Shown here: positions 1 through 10,363 of the stretch, piece by piece
Layout: each line of letters begins with the position of its first letter
Position numbering within the stretch: position 1 is the first letter of the stretch
Assembly: GCA_964019335.1 (NCBI GenBank)
Contig: OZ025654.1
Coordinates: forward strand, 62,001 to 126,000
DNA length: 64,000 nucleotides
From: Diplonema japonicum
Lineage: Eukaryota > Protista > Euglenozoa: Diplonemea
Direction of reading: 5' to 3'
Program-made: the position numbers and the translations under genes
Notes under the pieces: generated by a model
What the model was told of the DNA's origin: nothing
Database searches by the model: none
Seen by the model: the letters and a program-made list of their open reading frames with translations, nothing else

Positions 1-500
1 TCGATGTACTCACGACGCACTTCCTGCGAAGGAAGGAAGGAGAGGTCGTAGAGGCCGAAGCGGAAGGCTGACTCAAAGGCATTGACCAAAAGCCACAATG
101 ACATGATCAGTATGAGGTTTCGTGCCACTCTACGTCGAATCCGGCAGACAAGACAGATATCTATGAACAAAATAACATAAGCCCAATTATTACCACCATG
201 CAAACGTGACACGTCATCAAGTTCTCCGAGTACGAGCGCTGCTGCCCAGAAGTATAGGACTGCTTCAACAAGAATGAAGTTTATCCTACGTTGAGCAAGG
301 AGCTGGGTTGCCAACAATAGCGAAACACCGAATGCAGACACTCTCCGGGCGGTGATTGACTCACTACCAGCATCCTTGAGAAACGAAATCCCGTTCGCCA
401 AGGTTCCCGTGATTCCTGCTGCTAACAGAACTTTCTTACTCGTTACAGTCACTGTGTCATCCCCTGGCCGTATGAGATAGGACAACAGGGACCGTGCCAT
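1..500 (-). CDS. Membrane adenylate cyclase paralog, 5' part only (continues beyond the window start)
   Basis: ATG at 500-498 begins MARSLLSYLIRPGDDTVTVTSKKVL. This is collinear with the N-terminus of the 635-2764 cyclase, including the near-identical FESAFRFGLYDLSFLPSQEVRR block. Confidence 0.85.
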   Translation of the reverse strand, partial: MARSLLSYLIRPGDDTVTVTSKKVLLAAGITGTLANGISFLKDAGSESITARRVSAFGVSLLLATQLLAQRRINFILVEAVLYFWAAALVLGELDDVSRLHGGNNWAYVILFIDICLVCRIRRRVARNLILIMSLWLLVNAFESAFRFGLYDLSFLPSQEVRREYI

Positions 501-634
501 GTTTCTTTTTTCCTGCGCAATACGAGTGGATTGTCTTCAAAAGAAAATGGTGGCAATTGTCATTTCTCCCCCCCCCCCCCCCCCCCCAGTTTTTCGCTTG
601 GTGGAAACCAGCAGCAAGTGTCGTATCATGCTTG

Positions 635-2764
635 TCACAAATCTGAGTACTCCAGCCTAGTCTCGTCACCGTTGCCATCCTCTGCCGTTAAGGAGTAAAT
701 CGTGTAGTTGGGGTGCACGAAGGTGCTGTGATTCTCGAAGCTCGCAACCTGCAGCCCAACAAAGCGTACCGCTTCCTGAATAGTACCATACAGACAGAGC
801 ATGCTGTGTTCCACGCAACTCCGACAGAGGATGTGGCTCACATCCACGCATAGGCCAAGTACCGCAACATACCTCTGCTTGTTGCTCCCCACTGTCCCGT
901 ACTGAACTTCACCTGTCGCAAGCCCAATGTGCACTCTCACAGCATTTTGTTTTTGTAACAGCATGACAAACATGAGGGAGTTCTCGACATGTGTTGTGTT
1001 TACGCGTGATGTGTTCCATGCCAACGCCACCCTGCTCCCTTGAAGCGAGACAACCACCCCACGTGACCTCTCGCAGCACACCAGCACTTTCGCCAGAACC
1101 TCGTTCATCACATCCTGCGCTTGTCCATCGTAACCAGCACGGATGTCCACGTGCGCCACGCTGCCAGTCGCCTTCAGCATTGACACACTTGCCATACTTG
1201 CACCCATGATGCTCTCTTTCATATTCAAACTGCTCTTCGAGCTCACCGAATCAACTTCAAGCATCAGTGTCCAGTTACTCTTGCCGTTCTGAAGCTGATC
1301 TTCCACATAAAGCTTCCTCCCAACAAGATTCTCCGAAAGGAGGAGGAAGGGATGGATAGTCTCCCCGATACCCTTGAGCTGTGTCAGCCCCATGGGGATC
1401 ACAGAGGCACCATCCAGAGGACCTATCTTTTCCAAGACCTCCGGAGTGACAGCAACAGAACCCCCAATACACACCCCCTCCATTCTGGCCGCCTTGTTCA
1501 CCGTGTTCCCAAAGTAGTCGTACCTATTTGTCAGGGTGTTCAGCTGAACATCCACCTCACCACAGTGGACACCAATACGGACACGAAGCCCACACCAAGG
1601 GCCCTCGTCATCGTAGGCATACTGCCTCAGTGACAGGAGCTCCTGAGGCCACATGCTTCTCACAAGGTCTTCCTGAACAGAAAGGCCAAACCACACAGCA
1701 TCTGAAACATTCTCGAAGGCCACCATGAAAGCATCTCCAATGGTCTTCACCTCATACCCATTGTGCTCGGCAATGGACGTGCGAACCACCCTGTTGTGAA
1801 CCTGAAGAGCTTCCTTCATCCCCTCAGGGCATGCTTCCCAGGTGGCTGTCGATCCTTGGATGTCCGTGAACACGATTGTTGCTTCTGATGTCTGAAGCCC
1901 AGGTGCTGGAATGTCATGTCCTTTGTGACCGTGAGCATCTTTGTGTAACTCATGAAAGAGGGCGTCAGGGAGGAAGGGGCGGTAGCCTTCAAGGTTTGAG
2001 AGGATGGTGCTGAAGGCATCGTAAAGGGGTGGGGGGAGGAGTGATGTTGAGATGATGCTCTCGGCTTCCGCGAGGTCGAAGCGGGAAAGGGAAGTGGCAA
2101 TGGACTCAGCGGTGTGGATGATCCTGTTCATCTTGTCGTGCTCCTTGTGGAGGTCGTAGGCAAAGCCACGTGTGAAGTAGAAGTCGAGAAACATTATCGC
2201 ACATTGAAAGAACGTGTTGGAGAAGGCTTGGAAAATAGAAACCTTGCAGGGAAGGTTGTCACAATCAAGGAAACCACGACGCACTTCCTGCGAAGGAAGA
2301 AAGGAGAGGTCGTAGAGGCCAAAGCGGAAGGCTGACTCAAAGGCAGTAACTAAAAGCCACAATGACATGATCAGTATGAGGTTTCGTGCCACTCTACGTT
2401 GCATCCTGCAGACGAGACAGACATCTATGAATATGACAACATAAGCCCAAGCAGTACCATGTATGTACAGTTGAGCTGCGTTATAGAGTTCCCCTACAAT
2501 GAGCCCTATTGCCAGGACATATAGAACAGCCTCGACAAAAAGAAAGTTTATCTTGCGCTGAGCCAAGAGTTGGATCGACAAGATGGCAGAAAAGCAGAGA
2601 GAAAACAGTCTTCTCATGATGAGCAACACGTCGTTGTCCTCGTAAATAGCTGTAACATTCAGCACGCACCCTGCGATTGCTCCTGCAAACAGAACCTTTT
2701 TACTCATCACAGTCACTGTGTCATCCTCTGGCCGTATGAGATAGGACAATAGGGATCTGCGCAT
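635..2764 (-). CDS. Class III adenylate cyclase with N-terminal multi-pass membrane region and degenerate second cyclase-like domain
   Basis: 709 aa ORF with hydrophobic N-terminal helices. Catalytic motifs IVFTDIQGST, YEVKTIGDAFMV (Lys typical of ATP specificity), RVRIGVHCG and DYFGNTVNKAARME. C-terminal VHIGLATGEVQYGTVG is a degenerate repeat. Confidence 0.92.
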   Translation of the reverse strand: MRRSLLSYLIRPEDDTVTVMSKKVLFAGAIAGCVLNVTAIYEDNDVLLIMRRLFSLCFSAILSIQLLAQRKINFLFVEAVLYVLAIGLIVGELYNAAQLYIHGTAWAYVVIFIDVCLVCRMQRRVARNLILIMSLWLLVTAFESAFRFGLYDLSFLPSQEVRRGFLDCDNLPCKVSIFQAFSNTFFQCAIMFLDFYFTRGFAYDLHKEHDKMNRIIHTAESIATSLSRFDLAEAESIISTSLLPPPLYDAFSTILSNLEGYRPFLPDALFHELHKDAHGHKGHDIPAPGLQTSEATIVFTDIQGSTATWEACPEGMKEALQVHNRVVRTSIAEHNGYEVKTIGDAFMVAFENVSDAVWFGLSVQEDLVRSMWPQELLSLRQYAYDDEGPWCGLRVRIGVHCGEVDVQLNTLTNRYDYFGNTVNKAARMEGVCIGGSVAVTPEVLEKIGPLDGASVIPMGLTQLKGIGETIHPFLLLSENLVGRKLYVEDQLQNGKSNWTLMLEVDSVSSKSSLNMKESIMGASMASVSMLKATGSVAHVDIRAGYDGQAQDVMNEVLAKVLVCCERSRGVVVSLQGSRVALAWNTSRVNTTHVENSLMFVMLLQKQNAVRVHIGLATGEVQYGTVGSNKQRYVAVLGLCVDVSHILCRSCVEHSMLCLYGTIQEAVRFVGLQVASFENHSTFVHPNYTIYSLTAEDGNGDETRLEYSDL

Positions 2765-3192
2765 TTTGTTTCTTTTTCTTTTGTCTTATCCTGCTTTGTG
2801 GCAACTGGAAGAAAGAAAACATGAGATCGTCCGGAAAAATGTTTAATTAATAGCCCGTCACCACTTTGTCCAGACTGGCTCTAATGGGTTATTGAAGAAT
2901 GAGATGCTACCTGGTGAGGCAGCGAGGAAAGTGTGAAATACATCTTTGGTTGTGCGACACAAACGGTGCAGGCACAGTTCGCTATCCCAACGTAGCGACA
3001 AGGTATCTAATCAATCATCAATGAGTGATTCTTGGCAATTACAACACTCTCGTGTTTCAAGAGTGGCCATTCGGTCCGAAAACATGGACCGCACTGCTAA
3101 GGCTGATGCCATGGGGTACTCCCACAGCCAGCAAAAAAAACCCAACGTACAGGACAAGCCCCCGCTAGAGGGCCGCCCTATGGAGGGGGGGC

Positions 3193-3361
3193 GGCTCTGC
3201 TGGCAGGAAACGTTTCCGTTTCCGTTCCCGTATCCGTTTCCATGTTTTCAGAATTCTTATGGAAACGGCTATGTTTCTGCCCAAGGAAACGTTTCCGTTT
3301 CCGTATCCGTTTCCCCTTTTTTCAAAAATGCATGGAAACGCGTTTCCATGCCAGCATAGCC
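3193..3361. mobile_element. MITE family A (~170 bp)
   Basis: Terminal inverted repeat GGCT(C/A)TGCTGGCA(T)GGAAACG, internal (TTTCCG)n-like subrepeats, and a related copy at 58743-58880. Confidence 0.75.
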
Positions 3362-3362
3362 C

Positions 3363-4008
3363 TAGGCATAGTGGTGAGGCGACTCGCATTCTCGCACAAA
3401 AAAGATCTGAGCCGAAATTCTCGCAAAACGACTCGCATTCTCGCATTCTCGCACGATTCTCGCACATTCTAGTGTGCACTTCAGGTGTGCATGTGTCAAA
3501 AATAACCCCCCTCGACCTTCATACTCCTCCCGAACTAACGCGATCAGTGCGTTCACGTCCACCCCCGTGTGTGATTCACCCTCCTTGATGTCCAGGTGGA
3601 GGGCCTCTGAGTATCCGACCAGCCCAGAAATGTTTGGCACTGGTGGCGTCTGTGCTTAACGGCAACAGGGTCTTTTCGATGCTTTGCTTCACTCTTCTCG
3701 AGCCCTTATCTCCTTCTCGAATCCGGGCTCCTTTGCCAGCAGCGTGTCTGGTGTCGGTATCTTCATGCGCGAGCTCCACCAATGGGATGCTGAGAAGGCG
3801 TGTTTGCCAAACACAACATCGCCCACCCGTCTATGAACTCCTGCCCCACCACGGGGCAAAGCACTGCCTGTTGAGGTCCTTCGAAGATTTTGACACTCGG
3901 GCACCTGGCTTTCCCTGTTGAAGTTTCAGCCAAAAGAAATTCTCGCATCATTCTCGCATGCGAGAATGTGCGAGAATTTGGTGCGAGTCTACTATGCCTC
4001 TATGCCTA
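3363..4008. mobile_element. MITE family B (~630 bp), copy 1
   Basis: Termini TAGGCATAG..CTATGCCTA with TTCTCGCA subterminal repeats. Internal sequence is almost identical to 18373-18992. Confidence 0.85.
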
Positions 4009-5081
4009 GGGGGGGGGGGGGGGGGGGGTCTATCTGTTAATACTCCCTTTCTGGAGCATTGCTTTCATCCCGATCGAGGCCGTGAGCGTCTTGCGGAGTC
4101 GAGTGATGCGGTCCCGCGTGTAGGCGGCTTTCAAATCCATCAGCTTGCCGGAGTGGGGGGTGGCGAAAACGGGCCTCCCTAGAGAAGCCAAAGCTGCCTT
4201 ACCTCCAATGGCGATGAGGGATTTCACTCTTTTCTGCTCGTCCGCTGGGAATGGGCGTCGCTTCTTCCGTGCCATGCAAGCTGCGTTTATTTTTACTATG
4301 AAGGCCTTGATTCTGCGCCCTATCTTCCAGCAGGCCTCCCAGTGACTTATCGGTCGTCCATTCGTCAAGGCCATCTCCACCGCCGAAACCTCCGAAGTGG
4401 TGTCCTTCACCCAGCGCAGCTGTGACAACCATTGAAGCAGCGGGTTCAGGTACTGGGACGACCCCACCCACTCCTTCGAGCTCGCCAGCTGTCGGAACGG
4501 GGCATCTTTTACCTACTACATTTCGTACCCACGGTGAGTGTTGACGTCCTCCTTCTGCATGAGCTCCACGTCCCGCTTCTCTACCACCACGGCCAAGTAT
4601 CGTTGCAGCTTTTCCAGTTACACAAAGGCATGTCCCCTCGGCAGAATTGCGTGCAGTTCAAGACACAGGGGCCATCCTGTCCTGCCGCGTAGCGCTCCAA
4701 ACCGTCCTGTGCCAGCTCTTCCCGTGCGCAGGCGCACTCGTAGAGTTGATGGGATGGCGGAGTAGGGTTACCGTGCCCGGGTGGAGATTCACACAGGTCG
4801 CGCACCTGAACCCTTGTGTGATACTTCCGTCGTTGGGCTTTGCCCATGCTAACTTCGTCTTCATCGTGCCGTCACCGGTAGGGGACGCTCCTTTACCGGC
4901 ATGCGGGCTAAGGTAGGGTATCCCTCCGGCGACAGCGAAAGTAGCGATTCCGAAGAGGAAAGTAGCAGCGCTGAAGCGAAACTAGTGTGTTCAGTGTTGG
5001 GTTGGTGAAGAGTGGACTTCAAATTATAACTAAAAAAACTGAAAGGAAGGAGGGTGCTTGCTGGTGGAAACCAGCAACGTG

Positions 5082-7214
5082 TCATGCTACGATATTTGAG
5101 AACTCCATAATGTCAATGTCACCGTTGCCATCCTCTGCCGTTAAGGAGTAAATCGTGTAGTTGGGGTGCACGAAGGTGCTGTGATTCTCGAAGCTCGCAA
5201 CCTGCAGCCCAACAAAGCGTACCGCTTCCTGAATAGTACCATACAGACAGAGCATGCTGTGTTCCACGCAACTCCGACAGAGGATGTGGCTCACATCCAC
5301 GCATAGGCCAAGTACCGCAACATACCTCTGCTTGTTGCTCCCCACTGTCCCGTACTGAACTTCACCTGTCGCAAGCCCAATGTGCACTCTCACAGCATTT
5401 TGTTTTTGTAACAGCATGACAAACATGAGGGAGTTCTCGACATGTGTTGTGTTTACGCGTGATGTGTTCCATGCCAACGCCACCCTGCTCCCTTGAAGCG
5501 AGACAACCACCCCACGTGACCTCTCGCAGCACACCAGCACTTTCGCCAGAACCTCGTTCATCACATCCTGCGCTTGTCCATCGTAACCAGCACGGATGTC
5601 CACGTGCGCCACGCTGCCAGTCGCCTTCAGCATTGACACACTTGCCATACTTGCACCCATGATGCTCTCTTTCATATTCAAACTGCTCTTCGAGCTCACC
5701 GAATCAACTTCAAGCATCAGTGTCCAGTTACTCTTGCCGTTCTGAAGCTGATCTTCCACATAAAGCTTCCTCCCAACAAGATTCTCCGAAAGGAGGAGGA
5801 AGGGACAGATAGTCTCCCCGATACCCTTGAGCTGTGTCAGCCCCATGGGGATCACAGAGACACCATCCAGAGGACCTATCTTTTCCAAGACCTCCGGAGT
5901 GACAGCAACAGAACCCCCAATACACACCCCCTCCATTCTGGCCGCCTTGTTCACCGTGTTCCCAAAGTAGTCGTACCTCTTTGTCAGGGTGTTCAGCTGA
6001 ACATCCACCTCACCACAGTGGACACCAATACGGACACGAAGCCCACACCAAGGGCCCTCGTCATCGTAGGCATACTGCCTCAGTGACAGGAGCTCCTGAG
6101 GCCACGCGCTTCTCACAAGGTTTTCCTGAACAGAAAGGCCAAACCACACAGCATCTGAAACATTCTCGAAGGCCACCATGAAAGCATCTCCAATGGTCTT
6201 CACCTCATACCCATTGTGCTCGGCAATGGACGTGCGAACCACCTCATTGTGAACTTGAAGAGCTTCCTTCATCCCCTCGGGGCATGCTTCCCAGGTGGCT
6301 GTCGATCCTTGGATGTCCGTGAACACGATTGTTGCTTCTGATGTCTGACGTCCAGGCGCGGGATGTTCCCTATTCTTGTTCGACAGCGAAATATCTCTGC
6401 GTAACTCATGAAAGAGGGCGTCAGGGAGGAAGGGGCGGTAGCCTTCAAGGTTTGAGAGGATGGTGCTGAAGGCATCGTAAAGGGGTGGGGGGAGGGGTGC
6501 TGTTGAGATGATGCTCTCGGCTTGCTCGAGGTCGAAGTTGGAGAGGGAAGTGGCAATGGACTCAGCGGTGTAGATGACCTTGTTCATCTTGTCGTGCTCC
6601 TTGTGGAGGTCGTGGGCGAAGTGGTGGACGAATAAAAAGTTGGCGAAGATCATGGTAAGACGATATGCCAAAATAGAACCGGCAGACAGCACAGACGCCT
6701 TGCAGGGTCGCTTGGCGCAGACCTCATAGCGCTTATCTTGCGGCGGGAGGAAGGAGAGGTCGTAGAGGCCGAAGCGAAGGAATGACTCGAAGAAATCGAC
6801 GAAAAACCAAATAAAGATCATCGCCATTAGGTTTTTGGCAACCCTTCTGCGCAGGTTCATAACAGTGCAACCGTTCACCAGAACGAGGAAGTAAGGCCAC
6901 GAGTCGCCTTGGAGGTAATTGGTCGACGCGGAGAAAAGCTCACCGAAGATGATGCCGATGCCCATGACATAAAGAACCCATTCCACCAAGACGAAGCGTA
7001 CCTTGCGCTCGACTAATATCTGTATGATCAAGCCCATCGATATTGTAATTATAAGCAGCCGGCGGGCGACCTGCATTATCGACTCATCAGTGTAGCTAGC
7101 TAAGGCGCTTCCTAAGATACACAACACTGCACCTGACAGAAGAAGTTTCTTAATGCCCACAGTGATGGTGTCGTCATCCTGGCGGATTGCACGTGCGCAG
7201 GGAAAGCATGTCAT
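5082..7214 (-). CDS. Class III adenylate cyclase paralog (membrane N-terminus)
   Basis: 710 aa ORF with the same catalytic motifs as 635-2764. Catalytic half is near-identical and the membrane half is diverged. Confidence 0.92.
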   Translation of the reverse strand: MTCFPCARAIRQDDDTITVGIKKLLLSGAVLCILGSALASYTDESIMQVARRLLIITISMGLIIQILVERKVRFVLVEWVLYVMGIGIIFGELFSASTNYLQGDSWPYFLVLVNGCTVMNLRRRVAKNLMAMIFIWFFVDFFESFLRFGLYDLSFLPPQDKRYEVCAKRPCKASVLSAGSILAYRLTMIFANFLFVHHFAHDLHKEHDKMNKVIYTAESIATSLSNFDLEQAESIISTAPLPPPLYDAFSTILSNLEGYRPFLPDALFHELRRDISLSNKNREHPAPGRQTSEATIVFTDIQGSTATWEACPEGMKEALQVHNEVVRTSIAEHNGYEVKTIGDAFMVAFENVSDAVWFGLSVQENLVRSAWPQELLSLRQYAYDDEGPWCGLRVRIGVHCGEVDVQLNTLTKRYDYFGNTVNKAARMEGVCIGGSVAVTPEVLEKIGPLDGVSVIPMGLTQLKGIGETICPFLLLSENLVGRKLYVEDQLQNGKSNWTLMLEVDSVSSKSSLNMKESIMGASMASVSMLKATGSVAHVDIRAGYDGQAQDVMNEVLAKVLVCCERSRGVVVSLQGSRVALAWNTSRVNTTHVENSLMFVMLLQKQNAVRVHIGLATGEVQYGTVGSNKQRYVAVLGLCVDVSHILCRSCVEHSMLCLYGTIQEAVRFVGLQVASFENHSTFVHPNYTIYSLTAEDGNGDIDIMEFSNIVA

Positions 7215-7375
7215 TTTGAGTACTTACCTTTCTCCCTACCTTTTTATTTTCTTTTTTGTAGTGATTTAAAAAAAAAAAAGAAAGATTATTACACTTTCCA
7301 CTAATTAAAACCGTGTTATTATTAGATACGGTTGGCCGGCTTCGGGAGGATGCCCCCCTTTTCCAGAAGTTTACG

Positions 7376-8434
7376 TCAAACCGTGTTATTATACGGCACG
7401 TGGCCAGCTTCGGGGGTTGTGTAGTTGAGGATAGGGGTGCCCTTCTTGAGGATGATGGAAACGGCCCCGAGAGACGTGTACCATGATTCCTTACCGCCGA
7501 ACACGCGTGTATCTTTGAAGACAAACGATGTTACATTCCAAGCAGGGGGCATAGGGCAAACCCGGCTGGGGCCCTTTTTCCAGAATTTTATCGCTGGACC
7601 GGAACGGAAGTGGCCAAACCACACTGTACCGCCCGGCTTGGTTATTCGAACTGCCTGGTATACAACCTTGCACTGACTGTGGAGAGGCATTACGTGGTAA
7701 AGTGCTGAATGAGACACGACGCGGTCGAAGGAGTTTTCCTTCAGATACTTCAAGGCCTTGGAACCGTCTGCCCAGCAAAACGAAACCCCATCCTGACCAT
7801 GCAGCCTTGCATAGTTCACCGTGGTCTTGGTGTAGTCGAGGCCCACACCGGTGACACCGTACCTGAGCTTCCAGTAGTTCAATTTTGTGCCGCAGCCTGC
7901 GCCCCAGTCCAGTATGTGATGGCCTTCTTTGAAGTCTGCCCATCTTGCGATGGTGTCCATGACCTTGATGAAGGAGGGCAGCCTGACGTCCATGAAGAGC
8001 GTGCCCGTCACGTTGCAGTTCGCGACGTACTTCTTGTACTTGCCGCAGTTGATGCACCCGTTCTTCTTCTTCAGTGCGGGGGGCTCAGGTGGGCATGTCG
8101 TGCGTTGTATTGCTTCTTCCGCCTCGAGGTCCTTTTCGTTGTGCCGATTTACGATTCTGAGCATTCTTACGGAATCAGTGTACATCTTGGTCATATTCAT
8201 GTCGGGACCGTGGTGGGAGAGCACCACCGTGCGCAACTCGTCGAGGCTCTGCTCCGGCGCTTCTGTTGTTGGACCTTCCGTTGCTGGAAGCTCCGTGAAC
8301 GGCACCATTGTCCACGGCTCAAGGGTGCTTGTTTCGTCTGATACGGCGGAAATCCCCATAAACCTCATGAGAAGGGGGAGCATTGCGAGGGCCGCGATAC
8401 TGGCAGCCCATGTGATCTTCCGACTTCTAGTCAT
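7376..8434 (-). CDS. Type II membrane-anchored class I SAM-dependent methyltransferase
   Basis: N-terminal TM/signal anchor and Thr/Pro stalk. Motif I ILDWGAGCG, GVGLDY, FDRVVSHSALYH and VRITKPGG. Confidence 0.8.
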   Translation of the reverse strand: MTRSRKITWAASIAALAMLPLLMRFMGISAVSDETSTLEPWTMVPFTELPATEGPTTEAPEQSLDELRTVVLSHHGPDMNMTKMYTDSVRMLRIVNRHNEKDLEAEEAIQRTTCPPEPPALKKKNGCINCGKYKKYVANCNVTGTLFMDVRLPSFIKVMDTIARWADFKEGHHILDWGAGCGTKLNYWKLRYGVTGVGLDYTKTTVNYARLHGQDGVSFCWADGSKALKYLKENSFDRVVSHSALYHVMPLHSQCKVVYQAVRITKPGGTVWFGHFRSGPAIKFWKKGPSRVCPMPPAWNVTSFVFKDTRVFGGKESWYTSLGAVSIILKKGTPILNYTTPEAGHVPYNNTV

Positions 8435-8668
8435 GGCATTATTTTCTCCCCCCTTTTCCCTCTTTTTCTTTGATGTTAAAACAAGAGAAAAAAAAAAGAA
8501 GAGAAGGAAGAAACTATCGAATCCAACAAGACCCTTTCTTCTTTCTGTTACCGGATTTGTATTTTGTTCAGTATTAATAATTTCAGTGTGCTGTATAAAT
8601 TATGTACCTTTTTGGATTTTGGACCTGACTTAGGACTTTATACGGAACAATATAAAAAATTGTATTTA

Positions 8669-10363
8669 CTGTAAAACAAAAATCACCGGAAGATAAAATA
8701 TCCGGAAGTTCTGGCGGTCCGGATATTTTTTCTTCCGGACATTTTTTTGCCGGGACCCCCTTTTCTTTTTTTAAAGGGCTGGACCAGAAAACGGATGAAA
8801 CTAGTTTCTGTAGCAAGAGAAAAATCAAACGAAAATCAGAGAGAATTGCAACGGACTTTTCTAAGAACTAAAAGACACCTCAGATCCTGATTGTTCGCTT
8901 CTACCGCAAACTTGTCGAACCGAACCACTCCTTGTGCTTGCTTTAGGGCTGTTCTTGTGCTTTTTCTCATTTTCCGAGCCCCCTAAACACATTCCAGACG
9001 CCGACAATCGTGTCATCCAACACTTCTCTAGCCCCTTCCAGCTGCCTAGCAAGCTTTGCTGGTCTTCCCACTCTTCATCTCCGCAGCACGTCGCTGCAAC
9101 GGCAAGCACACCACAGTACGCTGCTGCAAAGAGAATTCCCCCAAGCAGGACTCCACCAGGGCTCTAAAAAAACGCCCAAAACAATGGGCCCAGCTTGCCT
9201 GGATAGATTGCCTGCTGACATGCTCCCATGCTGCTTCAACCCACCTGGCAGAAAAAAGAGGGAAAGTTGAATTACTTTAGTTTACTTTTAAAAAAATACC
9301 TCAGATGGGGTCCATTCATCTCACTTGTATTTGGTACCGTCCACCCTTCCTGACGGTTCCCTTCTTCCACATACTTGTCCAGCCTCCTCATAGACCACTT
9401 TTTATACTTGGTCTTGATTGTCGCCTTCATTGAGGCGTTCAGTCCTATGTCCAGGGCTGGCACAAATAGGTGAGGCCTGGAGGGACAAAAGCTAAGTGAA
9501 CGTTTGTTTCTAAAAACAAGTTCACAAATCATCCGTAGTGTGGCCATTGTAGTCATCTAGGATGAGCAAGATGGGCTCGTTGGGTGCCCAGCCCGATGAC
9601 TTAATAAGTTTATAGCAACAGGGGGGAAAGACACGTTTTACCCAGAGCTGAAGCGTTTTTTGGGTAGCCAGTGAGATTTCGTACTCCAGCCTTTTTTTTT
9701 GGGGGGGGTGCAACACGAGGGACGGACCCGGGGTATTTCCTGCAGCAAGCTCGTTCTGTTTTTCCCGTGTAAATGAGCTGAAAAGGCCAAAATAGGCCGC
9801 TACGCAGCCAGCCATGGTACCACGGCGGCCCAGGGCTGGTACCGCGCGAAGGAAGACATCACGGTGCCAACGTCCAGTATGGAACATCGCTTTGGTATGC
9901 TCCAAGGTCTATCCCCGTCGCACCCGTTACTGCGGGTCGCAAGCCTCTTCTGAACGAGGAAGAAACACAAGTACGGTTTCCGCCGCTTCTTGAGTGGACG
10001 AAGCTTCGTTTTCCGTTTCTTCTTCCTTTTTTTATTCGGTAGAAATGGTCCCCCCCTTGACCCAGCAAAGACTTGCTGAGGCCGAGGCCAGGCACACTGC
10101 CAAGGCTGCGAAGGCAGCAAACAAGACGGACAGGTAGGACGTTCCTCACCCCCTTTTTTTTTAGTCATATTTTTGCCATTTTTAAGACTCCTGCAACAGA
10201 AACATAAGTTTTTCCAGGGAAACATGCAGCAGACAGGGGACAGTGCGTAGGACAGGCTAGGTACCCCCTTGAAAAGTGCCCCAAAAAAATGTCCGGAAGA
10301 TAAAATCACCGGATGTTTCGGCGGTCCGGATATTTTATCTTCCGGTGGATTTTTGTTTTACAG
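8669..10363 (-). mobile_element. Tc1/mariner-pogo (DDE_1-type) DNA transposon, frameshifted transposase
   Basis: About 40 bp TIRs CTGTAAAACAAAAATC(C)ACCGGAAGATAAAATATCCGGA flanked by TA on both sides. Minus-strand fragments PILLILDDYNGHTT and LDIGLNASMKATIK are typical of DDE_1 transposases. Confidence 0.85.

Larger units (their letters stand above)
3141..4932 (-). mobile_element. 5'-truncated, degenerate copy of the APE-RT LINE, split in its 3' UTR by two inserted MITEs
   Basis: 3141-3192 matches the LINE 3' terminus (gtacaggacaagcccccgctagagggccgccctatgg). About 4009-4932 resumes LINE homology (..MKAMLQKGSINR, RCDLCESP-like) with frameshifts. Confidence 0.9.

Noticed and set aside
7305-7375. 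Degenerate duplicate of the methyltransferase 3' end after its TGA
   Set aside because: Short local tandem duplication, not in a frame that would give a repeated peptide by readthrough.
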